Part shown: positions 37,195 through 50,891 of the stretch, piece by piece | Position numbering within the stretch: the stretch's first letter is position 1 | How the letters are laid out: each line of letters starts with the position of its first letter | DNA from: Podarcis filfolensis | Lineage: Eukaryota | Direction: 5' to 3' (one strand) | Length of the DNA: 64,000 nt | Assembly (NCBI GenBank): GCA_964270895.1 | Contig: OZ185453.1 | Program-made: the position numbers and the translations under genes | The notes under the pieces: generated by a model | What the model was told of the DNA's origin: nothing | Seen by the model: the letters and a program-made list of their open reading frames with translations, nothing else | Database searches by the model: none

Positions 37195-37555
37195 TTTAGC
37201 CCTAAACGGTCCAGTATACCTGAAGGAGCGTCTCCCCCTCCATCGTTTTGCCCGGACACTGAGGTCCAGCACCGAGGGCCTTCTGGCAGTTCCCTCACTG
37301 CGAGAAGCCAAGTTACAGGGAAGCAGGCAGAGGGCCTTCTCGGTAGTGGCATCTGCCCTGTGGAACGCCCTCCCACCAGATGTCAAAGAGAAAAATAACT
37401 ACCAAACTTTTAGAAGACATCTAAAGGCAGACCTGTTTAGGGAAGCTTTAATGTTTAATAGGTTATTGTATTTTAGTGTTTTGTTGGAAGCCGCCCAAAG
37501 TGGCTGGGGGGACCCAGCCAGATGGGTGGGGTATAAATATTATTAATTATTATTA

Positions 37556-37612
<57 letters not shown>
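37195..37612 (+). mobile_element. L2 3' fragment with long (ATT)n tail
   Basis: ccagtatacctgaaggagcgtctcc...cagagggccttctcggtagtggc...ggaagccgcccaaagtggctgggg, then (ATT)n at about 37540-37612. Confidence 0.9.
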
Positions 37613-38489
37613 TAAGGGATGCCCAACAATGGAACGAGGAAGCTAGAGAGGCAGTAATGACCAATGGGTGCCGCACAGCAGCTACAGCCAGCAATTTTAT
37701 TTTTATACATTCCAGCTTTCCTCAAAGCGTCTTCCCCCATTTATTCCTCACAACGAAGGAGATAGAGTGATTAGGCCAAGGCCACCCTGTGAGCTCACAA
37801 GGGGTTACAGCTAGAGGGGGATAGGCAATCTTCAGCCCTCAACCTAACGCTGTGCACACCTTTAAAGCACTTTTGTCACGGATTTTGCTACCTCGGATAA
37901 TTCTAGACACTGTAACCCCTCACACAGAGACAATTCCCAGAAACTGCTAACAAACTACAGTGCCCAGAATTCTTTGAGGGAGCAAACTCTGTGACAAATG
38001 TGCTTTAGAAGTATAGTCACACAGGTGGCAACGGGGGGCAGGGACTGAAAAGGAAAGGGTGGCAGAAAGGGGGAAAGGGGATGCACCCTTTGGCTCTGGT
38101 CTCACCCACCTCTGGCTTCAACCTCCACCCATCAATGGCATGCGGCCTCTGACAGATTAGCCTTGAGGGAATACAGGGGGGAAAAGAAAGATCATTCCCT
38201 TGTTCTGCAAGAAAACCCACAGACCTGACCGTGGCATTGAGTCAAAAATATAGTGCTCCCTGCCTCTGCATTGCAACTCAGTAAAGCCATCCCAAGGCAA
38301 CTCCTTGTTCTCAAGGCAATAGAGGGTATTTTAGTCTAGTCTAGTCCCAGGGTACCTTCAAGATTCCAGTGCACCGTACAAAAGTGTAAAAGCAATTCCG
38401 ATAGCATTAACTTAAAATATATTTAAACAAACAACAAAATATAGAGCAGGCTAAAACTAAAGGATTAAAAAGAGCTCTGGCTAAGTAGT

Positions 38490-38612
38490 ATGTGGTTAGA
38501 ATGTTAAGACTAGTACAAAATCCTACGCAGCACGAAGTTCATTGGGTGAACTTGAACCAGCCATTATCTCTCAGCCTAGACTACCTTGCAGGGTTGTAAG
38601 CCGTGCGATCTT
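38490..38612 (+). mobile_element. Degenerate Squam3/MIR-like SINE fragment (approximate)
   Basis: tggttagaatgttaagact...tgggtgaacttgaaccagcc...ctctcagcctagactaccttgcagggttgt. Confidence 0.5.
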
Positions 38613-38728
38613 TCTAGGAAAAGAGGTGCCAGAAGTCACCATGAATGTCTCCCTTGTTCTCTTATAATGGTAATGGCACCCACCTGAGAGGTGCTGGAAC
38701 TGAGTGCCAGCGAGTTCCAGCTGAAATA
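38612..38728. mobile_element. hAT-type MITE fragment (family also at about 40230-40325 and 51583-51727)
   Basis: Shared aaaagaggtgccagaa.tcac.atgaa...ttgttctcttataatgg.aatgg...ccacctgagaggtgctggaactga...aaaa..ccctg. Confidence 0.7.
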
Positions 38729-40845
38729 AAGTCCTGGCTGTTAGGACAATAAAATGGGGAGGCGGATAACCATTCTTTCAATCCTTCAAGGAAAGGTGGG
38801 ATATAAATATAATGAGAAATAAACAATGCCAGTGCAAATATAAGTGTCTTAACACCGGCACCCAAAAAAGTGTGATGTGCAGTATTGTAGACATAATCCA
38901 GATCCCAGTGCCACAAGCAGAATTTAAGAAACAAAGTCTACACAGGCCAGGAAGATGATATTTAAAAAGAGTACAGGTGAATCTTCAAGTCAGCTCAGCT
39001 AATTTTGTTCCCACCAGCTCCAATTGGACAAGGCTGTTTTAAAATCTAAGTACTGTATACAAAGAGCACTTGTTTTCCGGATCTGGTGGAAGTTCATTGA
39101 AATTAAGAGTTGTCAAATCCCAGTACTGTATTTCTTTGATAAGCCCCCAGACTGAAGCTTGCGAGCTCCTGCGATTCTGGGAGAACCACGTCAAGCACCA
39201 ACTCAGATTAATTTGTGTCTTTTGCAATTGGTTGTTTTGACATTTGCAGAACAGAGGCCAAAGTAGCACAGCATGGCAGAAGGTATAGCTACTTAAATAA
39301 GGGAGGGTGGCAGAGAAAATGTGACATTGATTGTCTAAGAGAAATATGTTGACAGTCCCTTTTCGATCCCGGTGCATGGAACTCCCCCAGAGTAATCAAC
39401 ATTTGGAATTAGATTGTGAGAATTTTGCTTTACAAGACTCAGTTTCAAAAGGACCAGTGGAAGATACAAATAGCAACTTCACACGATTATTAACATGGGA
39501 TACAATCCACCAGGACCTTCTTTCGTTGTGCTAGTTTTCAACACGTGGGGAAGTTTTCTTCCAAACATGGGCAAGCATTGGGACCATGTGAAGCTGAACA
39601 ATCCCAGGTGAACTGTATCACTTTTTCTATCTGAAAGTCTAGCTCCATTACCAGAGACAGTGAGGACCAGATGCGCTAGCTGGAGAACTTCACTACAAAG
39701 GATTGCCCTCCAGCACAGGACGAAGATGCTGATCATATGTGAGAGTGTTTTGTTTTTGTATTTAAATGGGTGGACAAGTCTGGTGTAGGTCTCTGTAGCA
39801 CTTCATGTATTACAGAGGAGGAAGAAACATGCATTTCAGCAATGGGTTAAACATGACTCTTAACACACTCTAAATATTTATTTGGGATCTGTGACCAGCT
39901 GAAGCTTCTGGGCATTGTTTTTATTGAGTGCAAATAGTATGACTGACCCACAGTGCAAAGGCAGGGATCTGTCTTTTCTGTAACATGTAAAGCATTTGTC
40001 AGGCGTTTTCACACCCAACGCAAGAAGGCAGAGTGACATCAGTCCCAACACATTTTAAACACAGCAAATGTAATAAAATGGAGGCCGGAAGCAACAGTCT
40101 GAAGCAACTGCTTCATGTCACTTGATATTAATGCCAGCTCTGCAACAGACACGCACATATGCCACTTAGAGATTTTTAAATATTAAGTTTAGACAGTGCT
40201 ATTTTTCTAGCTAAAAAGAAGTGCTGAAACTCACTGTGAACACCTCCCTCCTTCTTTTATCATGGCAATGGCGTCCACCTGAGTTCCGGCGAGTTCTGGC
40301 TGAAGAAAAAGAAAAAAGCCCTGAATTTAGAAATGTTTTTGAATAAATAAATAAAATGTTGACGGTTTAACAGCTGCCTCCACAACCCAATCTAGGTCTT
40401 AACACTAGCTGCAGGTAGCCCAGCTTTTAAAAATCCTAACAAAGCCCTTAATATCTCCGTCTCTCTGTCATTGTCTCTGTCTTTCTCATACACAAACACA
40501 CAAGTACAAATCTGCCTCTTCTTCCCTGATAGGAAGAAAGTACAACTGCACACCTGCTCACATTCCCCTCTCACTATCCTGCATTTCACATTCCCTACTC
40601 CCCATGAGACTTTTGCAGGGCATTTCAAGTTATGCATACAAAAGAAGATGCTATATAATCGCAAGAATAATTTTTTCTATGTGGTGGGGTCTGTAAGTTT
40701 CCACAGAACTGAATGTAAACGGGGGGGGGGGGGGCGGATCTGCCAACTCTTTTACTATTACCAATTTTAATTTAAACAACCACCTAAGGTTCAAGATCAG
40801 TTTGACTACAATTAAGATAGGAAATCCATATTCAAACCTCTGGTT

Positions 40846-41072
40846 GTGATACCTCTGGTTGCGAATGGGATCTGTTCCGGAGGCCCGTTCGCAACATGAA
40901 AAGAACGCAACCAGCAGTGGCACGTCTGCGCATACGCAGGTTGCTATTCGCCGCTTCTGCGCATGTGCGAGTGGCAATACCCAGAAGTAACCCTTTCCAG
41001 TACTTCCGGGTCGCCATGGGACGTAACCTGAAAGAACGTAACATGAAGCAGACGTAACATGAGGTGTGACTG
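40846..41072. mobile_element. Tc1/mariner Tigger-like MITE, one end degraded
   Basis: Ends gaggtgtgactg followed by TA; internal acgtaac repeats and gatctgttccggagg. Confidence 0.7.
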
Positions 41073-41074
41073 TA

Positions 41075-41371
41075 TCTCAAGGGCTGTCACATGGAAGAGG
41101 GAACAAGCTCGTTTTCTCCTACTCTGGAGAGTAGGCCTCGAACCAACGGCTTCAAGCTATAAGAAAGGAGATTCTGACTAAACATCAGGAAGAACTTTTT
41201 GTTTGGCGATGGAACAGACTCTCTCGGGAGGTGGTGGACTCTCCTTCCTTTTAAGCAAAGGTTGGATGGCCATCTGTCATGGATGCTTTAGTTGAGATTC
41301 CCGCATTGCAGGGGGTGGGACTAGATGACCCTTGGGTCCCTTCCAACTCTATGATTCTATGATTCTATGAC
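41075..41371 (+). mobile_element. CR1 3' fragment with (ATTCTATG)n tail
   Basis: aggagattctgactaaacatcaggaagaacttt...ggtggactctcc...ttccaactctatgattctatgattctatga. Confidence 0.92.
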
Positions 41372-44300
41372 TATAGCAAATACTTTGAAGCTGGGCACCA
41401 GGCTGCGCCCCCTTGACCTGTCCTCCAAATGCCCACGTTCCACGCACTAGCCAATCAACCTGGTTCTGCCCAGTTCTGGCACACACCCCTCTGGCATTTT
41501 TGCTAAACCCCAGGTTGGCAACCCTAACATAAGCACTGCAGATTCCAAAGGCTTCCGCAGCAGCCCCAGACACTTAATCCCCCCTCGGTGGGGTTTTCAG
41601 CCACAGCCATTTATACTATAAACTCCCTGCACACCGCCCTCGCGGCTGGATAGCCTGACACATATTAAACAGGGTCTGATTCTGACAGCTGCTTCACACA
41701 AAAGGAACCGGGCGAGTTCTTTGTAATTAAAAAAAATAGAGCTGTAGGCATTCAGGCCTTCTCAGGATCAGTGCTTTGATTCAATATGTGTAGTAAATTT
41801 CTTCACGTCTCATTCCCCCTTTTCTGCTCCATCTTTTTGCTACAAAGAGGAGCAGCTGACCCATACAGAGGAGCAGCCGTGGGGCTTCACCACTCTGCAC
41901 CAGGGGTAGGGAAATGGGATGTGGATGCTTCACTCAGAATGGCTAGAGCAACGTTCCCCCCACCCTTTCTGTGGAAATGGAGCGGCCCGTGGTCCCCCCT
42001 CTGCCCTCCCTCTGCTCAGAATGAAAGCAAAGGCTGAAAGACCCACTGCTTTGAATGAAGTTTGGGCAAAGTTCCTGTAGCCACAGATGTACACATACGC
42101 AGCAGCAAGCAAGAGCCAGACCCGCTGCCTCAAATCCCTGTGCTATCAGGGCAGGAGATGCGGGGAAGGGGAGGGGGAGGGGGGCTCCCTCATATGGATT
42201 TTGTTTCAAGGCTCTGCTGAATGTCTCCATTTATTCTGCCACAGGATTTTGCTGCGCACGCATTTTTAATGAGGGCTTTTGCTGCCGCCGCTGCAAACTT
42301 GCAAGAGCATCCTACTGAAAACAAAAGTTCAGATGGGAATACAAAGCGGCAGCTCCCAAAACACTGCCAGCACCACCACATGCACAATAGGCTCATATAA
42401 TCACAATTTTCCAGTTGCCCCCCCCCCCCAGACAGAGAAAGTCCTGCTTTTCAGGTTCCTGCCCCTCACGAAATCCCCATTCCTGTTTTGCCATTTGGAT
42501 GAAGCATCAGCCTGCTTTGAAATTTCTTCTTTTTGTGCGCTCTAAAATCCTCCCCCTGCCCAGGTTTCAGCATCTTCCCCTTCCGTCTCTATAATTTAGT
42601 TTGGGCAGGGTGGGGTTCCTGCGCATATATGTAATTGCATGCACAGGGGCACAAAATGCACTGTTCCTCTTGTAGCTCGCCCCTTCAGGTGGTAGCTGTG
42701 GCTGAACGTGTTCAAAGTTACAGGAGGCTTTTCTTTAATATGCCAGATTCACTGAAGGATTTAAGATTCTATTAAATGCAACATGTTTGTGTGTTGTGGC
42801 CTGGAGGGGTGAGATAGAAAAATAGTTACAGTATTGTCAGTTTACTAACACACCCTGTTTCAGAAGCCAGCAACGGACAGACTTTTGTGGAGCAACGCAA
42901 CGCAACCTATAGCTGATGCAGGAAAGCTTTCAACAACATGTGCCCGTGATGGTTTGAGAAAGTACACAAGCGCCTCTCTTTCTCTCTTTGTCGTCTGAGA
43001 AATGGTGGATGGTATGAGCATGCACAGGCCTATTTTTGCTTCAGAGCGGAGCACTTGGGGGGGGGGGCAGGGAACGCACCTCTGAGCTGGCAAAGTCAGG
43101 CCTGTGGTGTTGAGATACATAAAGAAACGAAAGATGGAGAATTCAAACTAAAACGCACAAAGAATCATATGCATCAGGCACTCCAGAAAAGCCCTCAGAT
43201 ATGTGCATTGTCAAGTCTGTGTATACAAAGTACAAGGGGGGGGGGGAGGGAAGGGTGAATTTTTTTGAAAACAAAAGGCAGAATGAAAAGCATAATCCAT
43301 GTGATAAATCCCCTTTTCTGTGGGGAACATGTCAGGTCCTGAGGAGAGAAAAGCCTGGAATGTGCAGGGCAGACCACACAAACCAAGGAGACAAAACCAC
43401 CCATGAGGGCGAAGGGAAGGAGGGGCGAGCCAGACAAGAGGAATGGCGCTGAAAGGGAAAGAATGAACAAGATAGGCACAAAAGAGGCTGAATGGCACAA
43501 AGGTGCAGGGAGAGGGAACAAGAGCAGCATGCAGAGAGGGGACAAGGCTGGGAGGAGATGGGTGGCTCTGCAGAAGAGGTGGGAATGGAAACAGGTAGCA
43601 AAGCGGCGAACACTGGCAGGGGATGAGGAGAAGAATGGGAACCAAACATAACACGCTCCAGACAGTCCCCAAAACATAACAGCCAAGCCTTTCCAGCAAG
43701 TCTGACTTAACACTGGGAGTTCTGCAGCACTAGGCGCAAATTCTACCAAATGTCTGTGGCTCGCAAAGTTTGAATGTACCCGTTGTGCTGCTTCACTTTG
43801 CTATTCAGAGCTGCCTGCCTCTATTCCACAATTCCATGACAGGGCAGAAAATGTGATTGGTTTTTGCCATTTTTTAGCAAGATAAATTGATAGGATACAC
43901 AGAGCTAGCATATATGACAGCAGGGGGGAAAGAAACCAAGACAAGACTCAAATAAAAGATGAGTGGAAATACTTGGGAGAGTATTTAAGGAAATATAATA
44001 TTTAAATTAACTTACAAGTAGAAACAACAGTGTGAGCAGCAGTTACTAACAATAAGGAATATATATGTGGAATGAAATAGGATGGCAGAAAAGAATATGC
44101 AGCAAAATAAGGTTTGATTAGGATGCCATGGAATGGGAAGTTCTGAGGGAAGTGATTTATTGCAGAAAATGTATGATGCATATTCAAAATATGAAAAATG
44201 TATAAAAAAATTAAAAAAAGAAAATGTGATGTGTTTGGTAATTGTCACATAATCTGGTAGCGAGAAAACCCAAAACCACTTTTTTTTTTTTAAGGTAGGC

Positions 44301-44536
44301 ATGGGCGTCTAGCTCTTATAGCAAATGCTGACCTGAAAGTTGTGATGGGAAAACTCTTTTGGAGATTCAGTAGCATGCTTTACAAAGCTATTTCCCACAG
44401 GAAAATAGCGAACTCCCCCCTCAGGTCTGAATATATAACCTGCATATTAATTAAATTGGGATTGTTACAGGATCCAGACGCCTGCCTTTCCCTTCTTCCA
44501 GACTTGCCTGGTGATTGTGGCAGTGGCATCCCAGCA

Positions 44537-44710
44537 GAGGTGGATTTTAGGGGGCACGACCAGTTCGCCTGCAGTGGGTGCTGAGCCAAGATGGCGCCAC
44601 AGGGGGTGCTGCAACCATGACATCAAATGGAAGGCAAGAGGCGGGGGGCACCAAATTTTGGCGTCACAGAGGGAACCACTGAAATTTTAAAGCCCAAAGG
44701 CCGCTGCTGA
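44537..44710. mobile_element. Probable hAT-type MITE (approximate)
   Basis: cagcagaggtggattttaggggg...ggggggcaccaaattttggc...ggccgctgctg; imperfect TIRs, no clear TSD. Confidence 0.4.
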
Positions 44711-45712
44711 TCCCAGGCACAAGGACCTCTGGGAAAAGTAGTTTCCATGCCACCTGTTCATCGTATGGACCTAGGCATCCTGTAGAACTATGTTTACCAG
44801 CATCTTCAGTACGAGAACACTGTAATGGCAACATTCTAGATACTGGGAAGGAGACTTCACACAGAGGCTGCATACACATCACAATTTACTCAGATTCCAA
44901 CACACTCCCATCCCTGATGTTTGAAGCAGTGTACACATGAAGTTAGCCACAACCAATCTCTATCCTGTAGTTTCTTTTAAAATACTGCTCTTTGATGTGT
45001 TTCTCTTCAAACTAGGTTCCACCCGATTTGAAAGCGTAAGTCACATTCACTTTGTAGTTAAGCTGAGGTGTGTCCCTTTGAGACAGCTGTTGCACACGTG
45101 CAATGACAGGTTACCAAACAGGAGGTTGCAGGCATGGGTGTGCATGCATGTACAGGAACATGGCACTCGTATAACGTGCATTGTGGCAATGTATATAAAC
45201 TGCAGCAGGAGAAGAGTGTTCATTAATGCTCTTGAAAATGCACAATTGATTTCATTATTTTAGGGCACATTCACAAGGAACACTGAACACTTTCTATAGA
45301 GGAACGTGCCATGTGGAGTTGCCAGCAATAAATCTCTGCAACTGAGCATTTAACAGTAGCTTGGCATACAGACATTTGCTAGATAATGTGTTTATCACCT
45401 TGCAGTGAAAAGGTTCACCTGCTGAATTTTATACATCAGATGCTAAAAGGGTTAAGGCCAGAAGAAGCTGTGCTTTTTTCTGGTTTGTTTTGTAACTCTA
45501 GCCTCTTGTGAACTGTGTTAAAATGGGACAAAAAGTATTGAGAAATAGTTTCTATTTGCACAGACTCTCTGGCTAACTTAAGTTTTATGTATGGACTCAC
45601 AGACAACAGAGTTGTAAAAACTGGTTCAAAAACAACGTACTTAAATAAGAAAAATAATTCAGCAGAACATTCTTCCCTTTGCACTAATTTAGGATCAATT
45701 TCATAAAGAAAG

Positions 45713-46147
45713 TGTCAGGGAACTGCCATCGGAGCTAGAGGCGGAGGGAAGGCTCCAGAGGGATGCCGGAGAGGGTCCCAGTAGGGAGAGAGGCAGCCCA
45801 TCTGCTGGGGAAGGAAATCAGCGTAACACCAGTGGAGAAGGGGGGCAGATGGGGGAATCGGAGAGGAGGCTCCAAGACTCCTCGCCGGAAACCAGCGGAG
45901 AGAGTACGGGTACTCCGCTGCCCACACCCTCCCTGCGCAGAAGACTTCCGTGCAGGGAGAGTAGGAGGAGACTTGGCGTCAAAGAACTTCTTTGCTGGAA
46001 GAAGTTCAAGAAACGCCCACTGACAGATTCTGCCAGCAACCGAGACAGCCACGAAGCTAGAGGCTGTCCAGACAGAAAGGGTTCAACCAGGTAACCTAGC
46101 CACGAGTGGCGGCAACTTACGCACGAGCAACCCCTAGAACCATTACA
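45713..46147 (+). mobile_element. Solo LTR (435 bp), probably Gypsy-type
   Basis: TGT...ACA termini; 5-bp TSD gaaag at 45708-45712 and 46148-46152; GC/CpG-rich interior. Confidence 0.85.
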
Positions 46148-46508
46148 GAAAGCAATGAGCATCTTTGTGCTGTGTACAAACAGGCGAGTTTAGAGGCTTT
46201 GAAATCCTTAGAAGAAAGCAGCCCGTTAAACACAGGAGGAAATTCACACCTAGAACCTTCATGGTTAACGACTCCACTTCCAATGGTTTTTGTGAGGGCA
46301 GAAGAGGTTCAGCAGTACCATGTGGCAAGGTGAAGATAACTGCTTAAGTAGTAGAATTTAGGGCAGAGGCATGGGACCTGAAGCCTCCAGATGATGTTGG
46401 ATTTCAATTCCCATCAGCCCCAGCCAGCATGACCAATGGTCAGGGATTATGGGCGCTGTAGTCCAGTAACCCATGGAAAGTCATATACCCCCTGTCCTTG
46501 ATTTAGAT

Positions 46509-46637
46509 CAGTGTTTCCCAGACTTGGGCCTCCAGCTCCTTTTGAACTACAATTCCCATCAACCCTGGTCCTGCTAGCTAGGGATGATGGGAGTTGTAGT
46601 CCAAAAACGGCTGGAGACCCAAGTTTGGGAAACACTG
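46509..46637. mobile_element. Palindromic hAT MITE
   Basis: TIR cagtgtttccca / tgggaaacactg; TSD atttagat / atttagac; internal aactacaattcccatca / tgatgggagttgtagt inverted repeat. Confidence 0.85.
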
Positions 46638-47124
46638 ATTTAGACAATAGACAAAGGCAGGAATTGATGTCTGAATAGTAGGGTGAGATTTTCCAAAGTG
46701 TTAGTCTTAGCATAGGGTTAGGGGTGGGACATCATTGGTGGATTTTCCTTCAGTCAGCAAAATGTTTTGGACCAGCAGTAGCACAATAGTGGACAGCCAG
46801 TTATGCATTGCCAAAAACAACGACAAAAAGATGACTCCAATTTGAATAAAATTTGCTTGTGACTTTTCATATGTAGAGGTGCAAACTTAGAAATAATTAC
46901 ATGCGATCTAACTGGAAATAAAACGTACCTCACCATGGTGACCTTACTGCTGAGGGTCAACTTCAAATCTCTTGCTCTCCGTTTTTATGGTTCTTTGTTG
47001 TTTTAACCAAACTTGGACTGAACAGCCCTCGGATAGAGTGTTGCCTTCACATAGAGGACCCTCCTCTCTGACAGTCCTTCAGATTAGAGGTCTGTAAAGT
47101 AAGACATAAGGCCACTCAGTAGTG

Positions 47125-47210
47125 TAGAATCACATAATCATAGAATTGTAGAGTTGGAAGTGTTCCCTGCGGGGCATGTAGTCCAATTCCCTGCAATGCA
47201 TGAATCTTTC
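47125..47210 (-). mobile_element. Short CR1 tail (approximate)
   Basis: aatcatagaattgtagagttggaag...tagtccaattccctgcaatgca. Confidence 0.65.
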
Positions 47211-48594
47211 AAGGCCCAGGGCATAGGGGCCTAGAGACCTCTAGTCTTTAAGAAGCAGTGTTGGCTCAGGAAAAGGGATCTAGTTCAGCTCCCAGAAAGT
47301 CTCTGGTTTGAGACCTACCGCAGCTGCCAGATATAAGTTACTGTATATGTCTGTTTAAGGAATGTCAGTTCCTCAAACCGTACTAATGTGACTTAACATT
47401 AAACTCAGACAAGTTGTCAAAGTTACCTTTTGTAGAAAGCCTTTAATAAGGCTAATCTGAACATTCAGATCTTGGCCAGATTTCAGTTTGAACTTCAGGG
47501 TTTTTGGAAGAAACAGAACCACTTGCCAAATCCTTCTGACACTTCCTGGAATTTGAACAGTGTCCTGACATGGGCTTTTAAAAGCCTATCTTCCAATCCC
47601 TTTAAAGCTTTCCACACAGAAAGAGCTGGTTTAACAAGTGAGGATTAAAAAAAAAACCCAAGTGTGTGTGTGTTTTGTTTTATCTCTAACCCGCCTTTTG
47701 TCCTAAGCAATGTCCTCAGGGCAGCTTACAACAACAATATAAAGTCACAAAGTTTAAATTAAAACACACGGGTCCTGTCATTTGGCTGGCAGTGGTGGGG
47801 CAACAGAAAAGCCTGCTCACCTTGTCATTTTAAGAAGAAAGCAGCTTGCCAGTTTTCTGACACTGGGTGCTTATGAAAGGTTTTAATGAATGGAGAACAT
47901 ACATACGTACATATATCCTAATTCACCTATCATCTGATTGGCAAGAGAGTAGATGCCTTTCAATCCCCGCCCCCTCTGTTGGGTTATAGCCAACTTTTTT
48001 ATAAAACAAACAAACAGAGGAAGTTTCGAGAACACACTTTTCAAAAAAAAAAAAAAAAACCAGAACAAATAGTAAAGCAACTGCCATTTCAGTTCATCTC
48101 TGGTTTTGCATTATTGCTATGTTTTGTTTACCCTTTAAAATTATAATCACAAATCGTAAGTTTTGCTACTGGCACCCTGCTTCTGAAGACGTGTCTTCCT
48201 TGAGGGAGAATGTTTTAGTCTCAATGCTGTACTTCAATGCTGGCCTCCCTCAGCCCCTCCTATTTCGCAACCGTCGTGAACTTTTCACATGCCTGATGCC
48301 AGGTATGTTTGGCCTCCAGACAAAGGAGCTTTGACATGTACACACCTGCATTTCTGGAGCGAAGCTGCAGTTCCCAAGGGTTGAATGCATACATGCCGTC
48401 TACATTATCTCAAGCATAATCACTGAAAGCTGTTTATTGGTATAGAATCCTTCAAGCATTGTCCTGTGTACCCAAGAATCACCTCTTATGGCACACACCA
48501 TCGCAGCAGTAACATCGCATGCTGCCTTAGTTTATTCCCACATTCCCCATCACTGCTACTGAAGTCACCTGCTCTGCAGCTTGATTTAAAAAAA

Positions 48595-48746
48595 TGCGGG
48601 TGACACTGTGGTCTAAATCACTGAGCCTCTTGGGCTTGCTGATCAGAAGGTTGGTGGTTTGAATACCCGCGACGGAGCGTGCTCCTTTTGCTCTGTCCCA
48701 GCTCCTGCCAACCTAGCAGTTCGAAAGCACACCAGTGCAAGTAGGT
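48595..48746 (+). mobile_element. Sauria SINE 5' half, diverged
   Basis: gcgggtgacactgtggtctaaatcactgagcc...ctcctgccaacctagcagttcgaaagcac. Confidence 0.85.
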
Positions 48747-48865
48747 ATCTAGATTAGCACATTTCAGCAAGCAACCCAACGTAACACAGAACAGCAACCC
48801 CTAAACCCAATACATAGACTTAGCAGGTGAAGCTTTGTATGACATGGAGTTAGTGCGATGGAAAA

Positions 48866-49112
48866 AGCCAGTGTGGTGTAGTGGTTAAGAGCGGTAGACT
48901 TGTAATCTGGTGAACCAGGTTCGCTTCCCCGCTCCTCCACACGCAGCTGCTGGGTGACCTTGGGCCAGTCACACTTCTTTGAAGTCTCTCAGCCTCACTC
49001 ACCTCACAGTTTGTTGTGGGGCAGGAAGGGAAAGGAGAATGTTAGCTGCTTTGAGACTCCTTAGGGTAGTGATAAAGCAGGATATCAAATCCAAACACTT
49101 CTCTTCTTCTTC
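48866..49112 (+). mobile_element. Squam3-like tRNA/CORE SINE with L2-type tail
   Basis: agccagtgtggtgtagtggttaagagc (A box), ggttcgcttccc (B box), gggtgaccttgggccagtcac (CORE), gctgctttgagactcc, (CTT)n tail. Confidence 0.85.
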
Positions 49113-49311
49113 ATCGCCTGCTCGATTTATGTAAGTTAAGGCCACTGAGAGGCAGAAGACAGAAGAGAGACTTTGTGCTGGCCACCAGGCAATGGCTTCC
49201 CCCCACCCCACCCCACCTGTCTTGCTCTACCCCCCAGCCCTAGGAGCCTTTCCCAGATCATGACTTTAGGAACAACAAAAGCAGCTGGGAAGGGAGAAAA
49301 GGAGCTCAGGG

Positions 49312-49317
49312 ACACAC

Positions 49318-49350
<33 letters not shown>

Positions 49351-49352
49351 CA
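49312..49352. repeat. (CA)n microsatellite, imperfect
   Basis: Direct read. Confidence 0.9.
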
Positions 49353-50527
49353 CGTCTTTGCTTCTCAGTTTGCAGTGTTATTTTATGCACTGTGACTTGC
49401 TGTTATTTTTATTGATTATAGGTTAGAAATTATTTATTGCAATTGTTAAGAGTGAATTTCTGTTTAATTATTATTTGCTGATATTTATTGTGTACTATTG
49501 TATTCTACTAGATTATTGAATATTACTTTATTGGATATAAGCTGTTTAATTTAAAGTTAGGCTTTTATTATGAAATCCTTGTATTGGATACCATTTTTAT
49601 AAGGTGTGCGATCTTAGTTGTTTCTTCAGCTTGTAAACTGCCTTGGGTACGATAATATAGGAAGGCGGTATGCAAATTAAAAGTAAAGTGAAATTAAATG
49701 AATTGAAATGAAGAGCCGAGGTGGTGCGTAGGGGGATGGGACAACCCTGAAAGCAGCATCAAATGGTGTAATCCCTGTAGAGCAATCTGCTCCTGGGCTC
49801 ACAAATCTGGCAGTCACCCAACAAAAACCTAGACTTGTCCCAATCTTCCTGTAAGCAGGGACTGCAAACTTCTAAACTGTCTCTTGTAGCATTTGCCTTC
49901 GACAGGAACTTGATGTGCAGATATCTGCAGGAGAGTAGCATATCTCTCACCCCCTAAGGCAGACTCTTCCATTGACTCTCGAGACAGACAGATGCCAACA
50001 AATCTGCTTAGGGCAGAAGAGCAGGTTAGGTTAGTATTTTTTCTGATCAGTTGGCAACGCTACCCTGAAGCCCAACTATTGTGTTACAAATCCTGCTGAT
50101 GAGCACATCACAGTTCTCCCAGAGATATCAAGATCCCTGTTGCTTCAGGATACCAGCCAAGTGCATTCTGGCTGGTTCCCTAATAGGGCAGCAGGTGTTC
50201 CACAGAGCCCATCATCAAGGCTGGATAAATAATTAAACCTGCTAAATATGCTATAGTATCATGGGATAGACCTCAGGCCAAACTACACATGATATTAGTC
50301 ACAAGTTTCAAGATGTGTGCTTGGCTGCTTTCGTTATTATAATAATAATATAATAATAATTTATTATTTATACCCCACCCATCTGGCTGGGTTTCCCCAG
50401 CCACTCTTCCAAAGGAAGAGCAGCAGTTGCGCTCCGATCTGAAAACACGCTCCCGATCCAGATGAGGGGCTGCTAGGCTGGCCAGGTATAAAAGAAAAGA
50501 GGGCCCCTGCATCTTAATAGTTGTGTA

Positions 50528-50877
50528 AAGGCAAAGGGACCCCTGACCATTAGGTCCAGTCGTGACCGACTCTGGGGTTGCGGCGCTCATCTCGCTTTAT
50601 TGGCCGAGGGAGCCGCCGTACAGCTTCCGGGTCATGTGGCCAGCATGACTAAGCCGCTTCTGGCGAACCAGAGCAGCGCACGGAAACGCCGTTTACCTTC
50701 CCGCTGAAGCGGTACCTATTTATCTACTTGCACTTTGATGTGCTTTCGAACTGCTAGGTTGGCAGGAGCAGGGACAGAGCAACGGGAGCTCACCCCGTCG
50801 CGGGGATTCGAACCGCCAACCACCTGATCGGCAAGTCCTAGGCTCTGTGGTTTAACCCACAGCGCCACACGCGTCCC
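50528..50877 (-). mobile_element. Sauria SINE (Squam1), full length, 14-bp TSD
   Basis: Near-identical to 27572-27928; TSD ttaatagttgtgta at 50514-50527 and 50878-50891. Confidence 0.95.
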
Positions 50878-50891
50878 TTAATAGTTGTGTA

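Noticed and set aside
43195-43749. Overlapping 100-180 aa ORFs
   Set aside because: Purine/pyrimidine strand-biased low-complexity sequence; no domain or splice structure.
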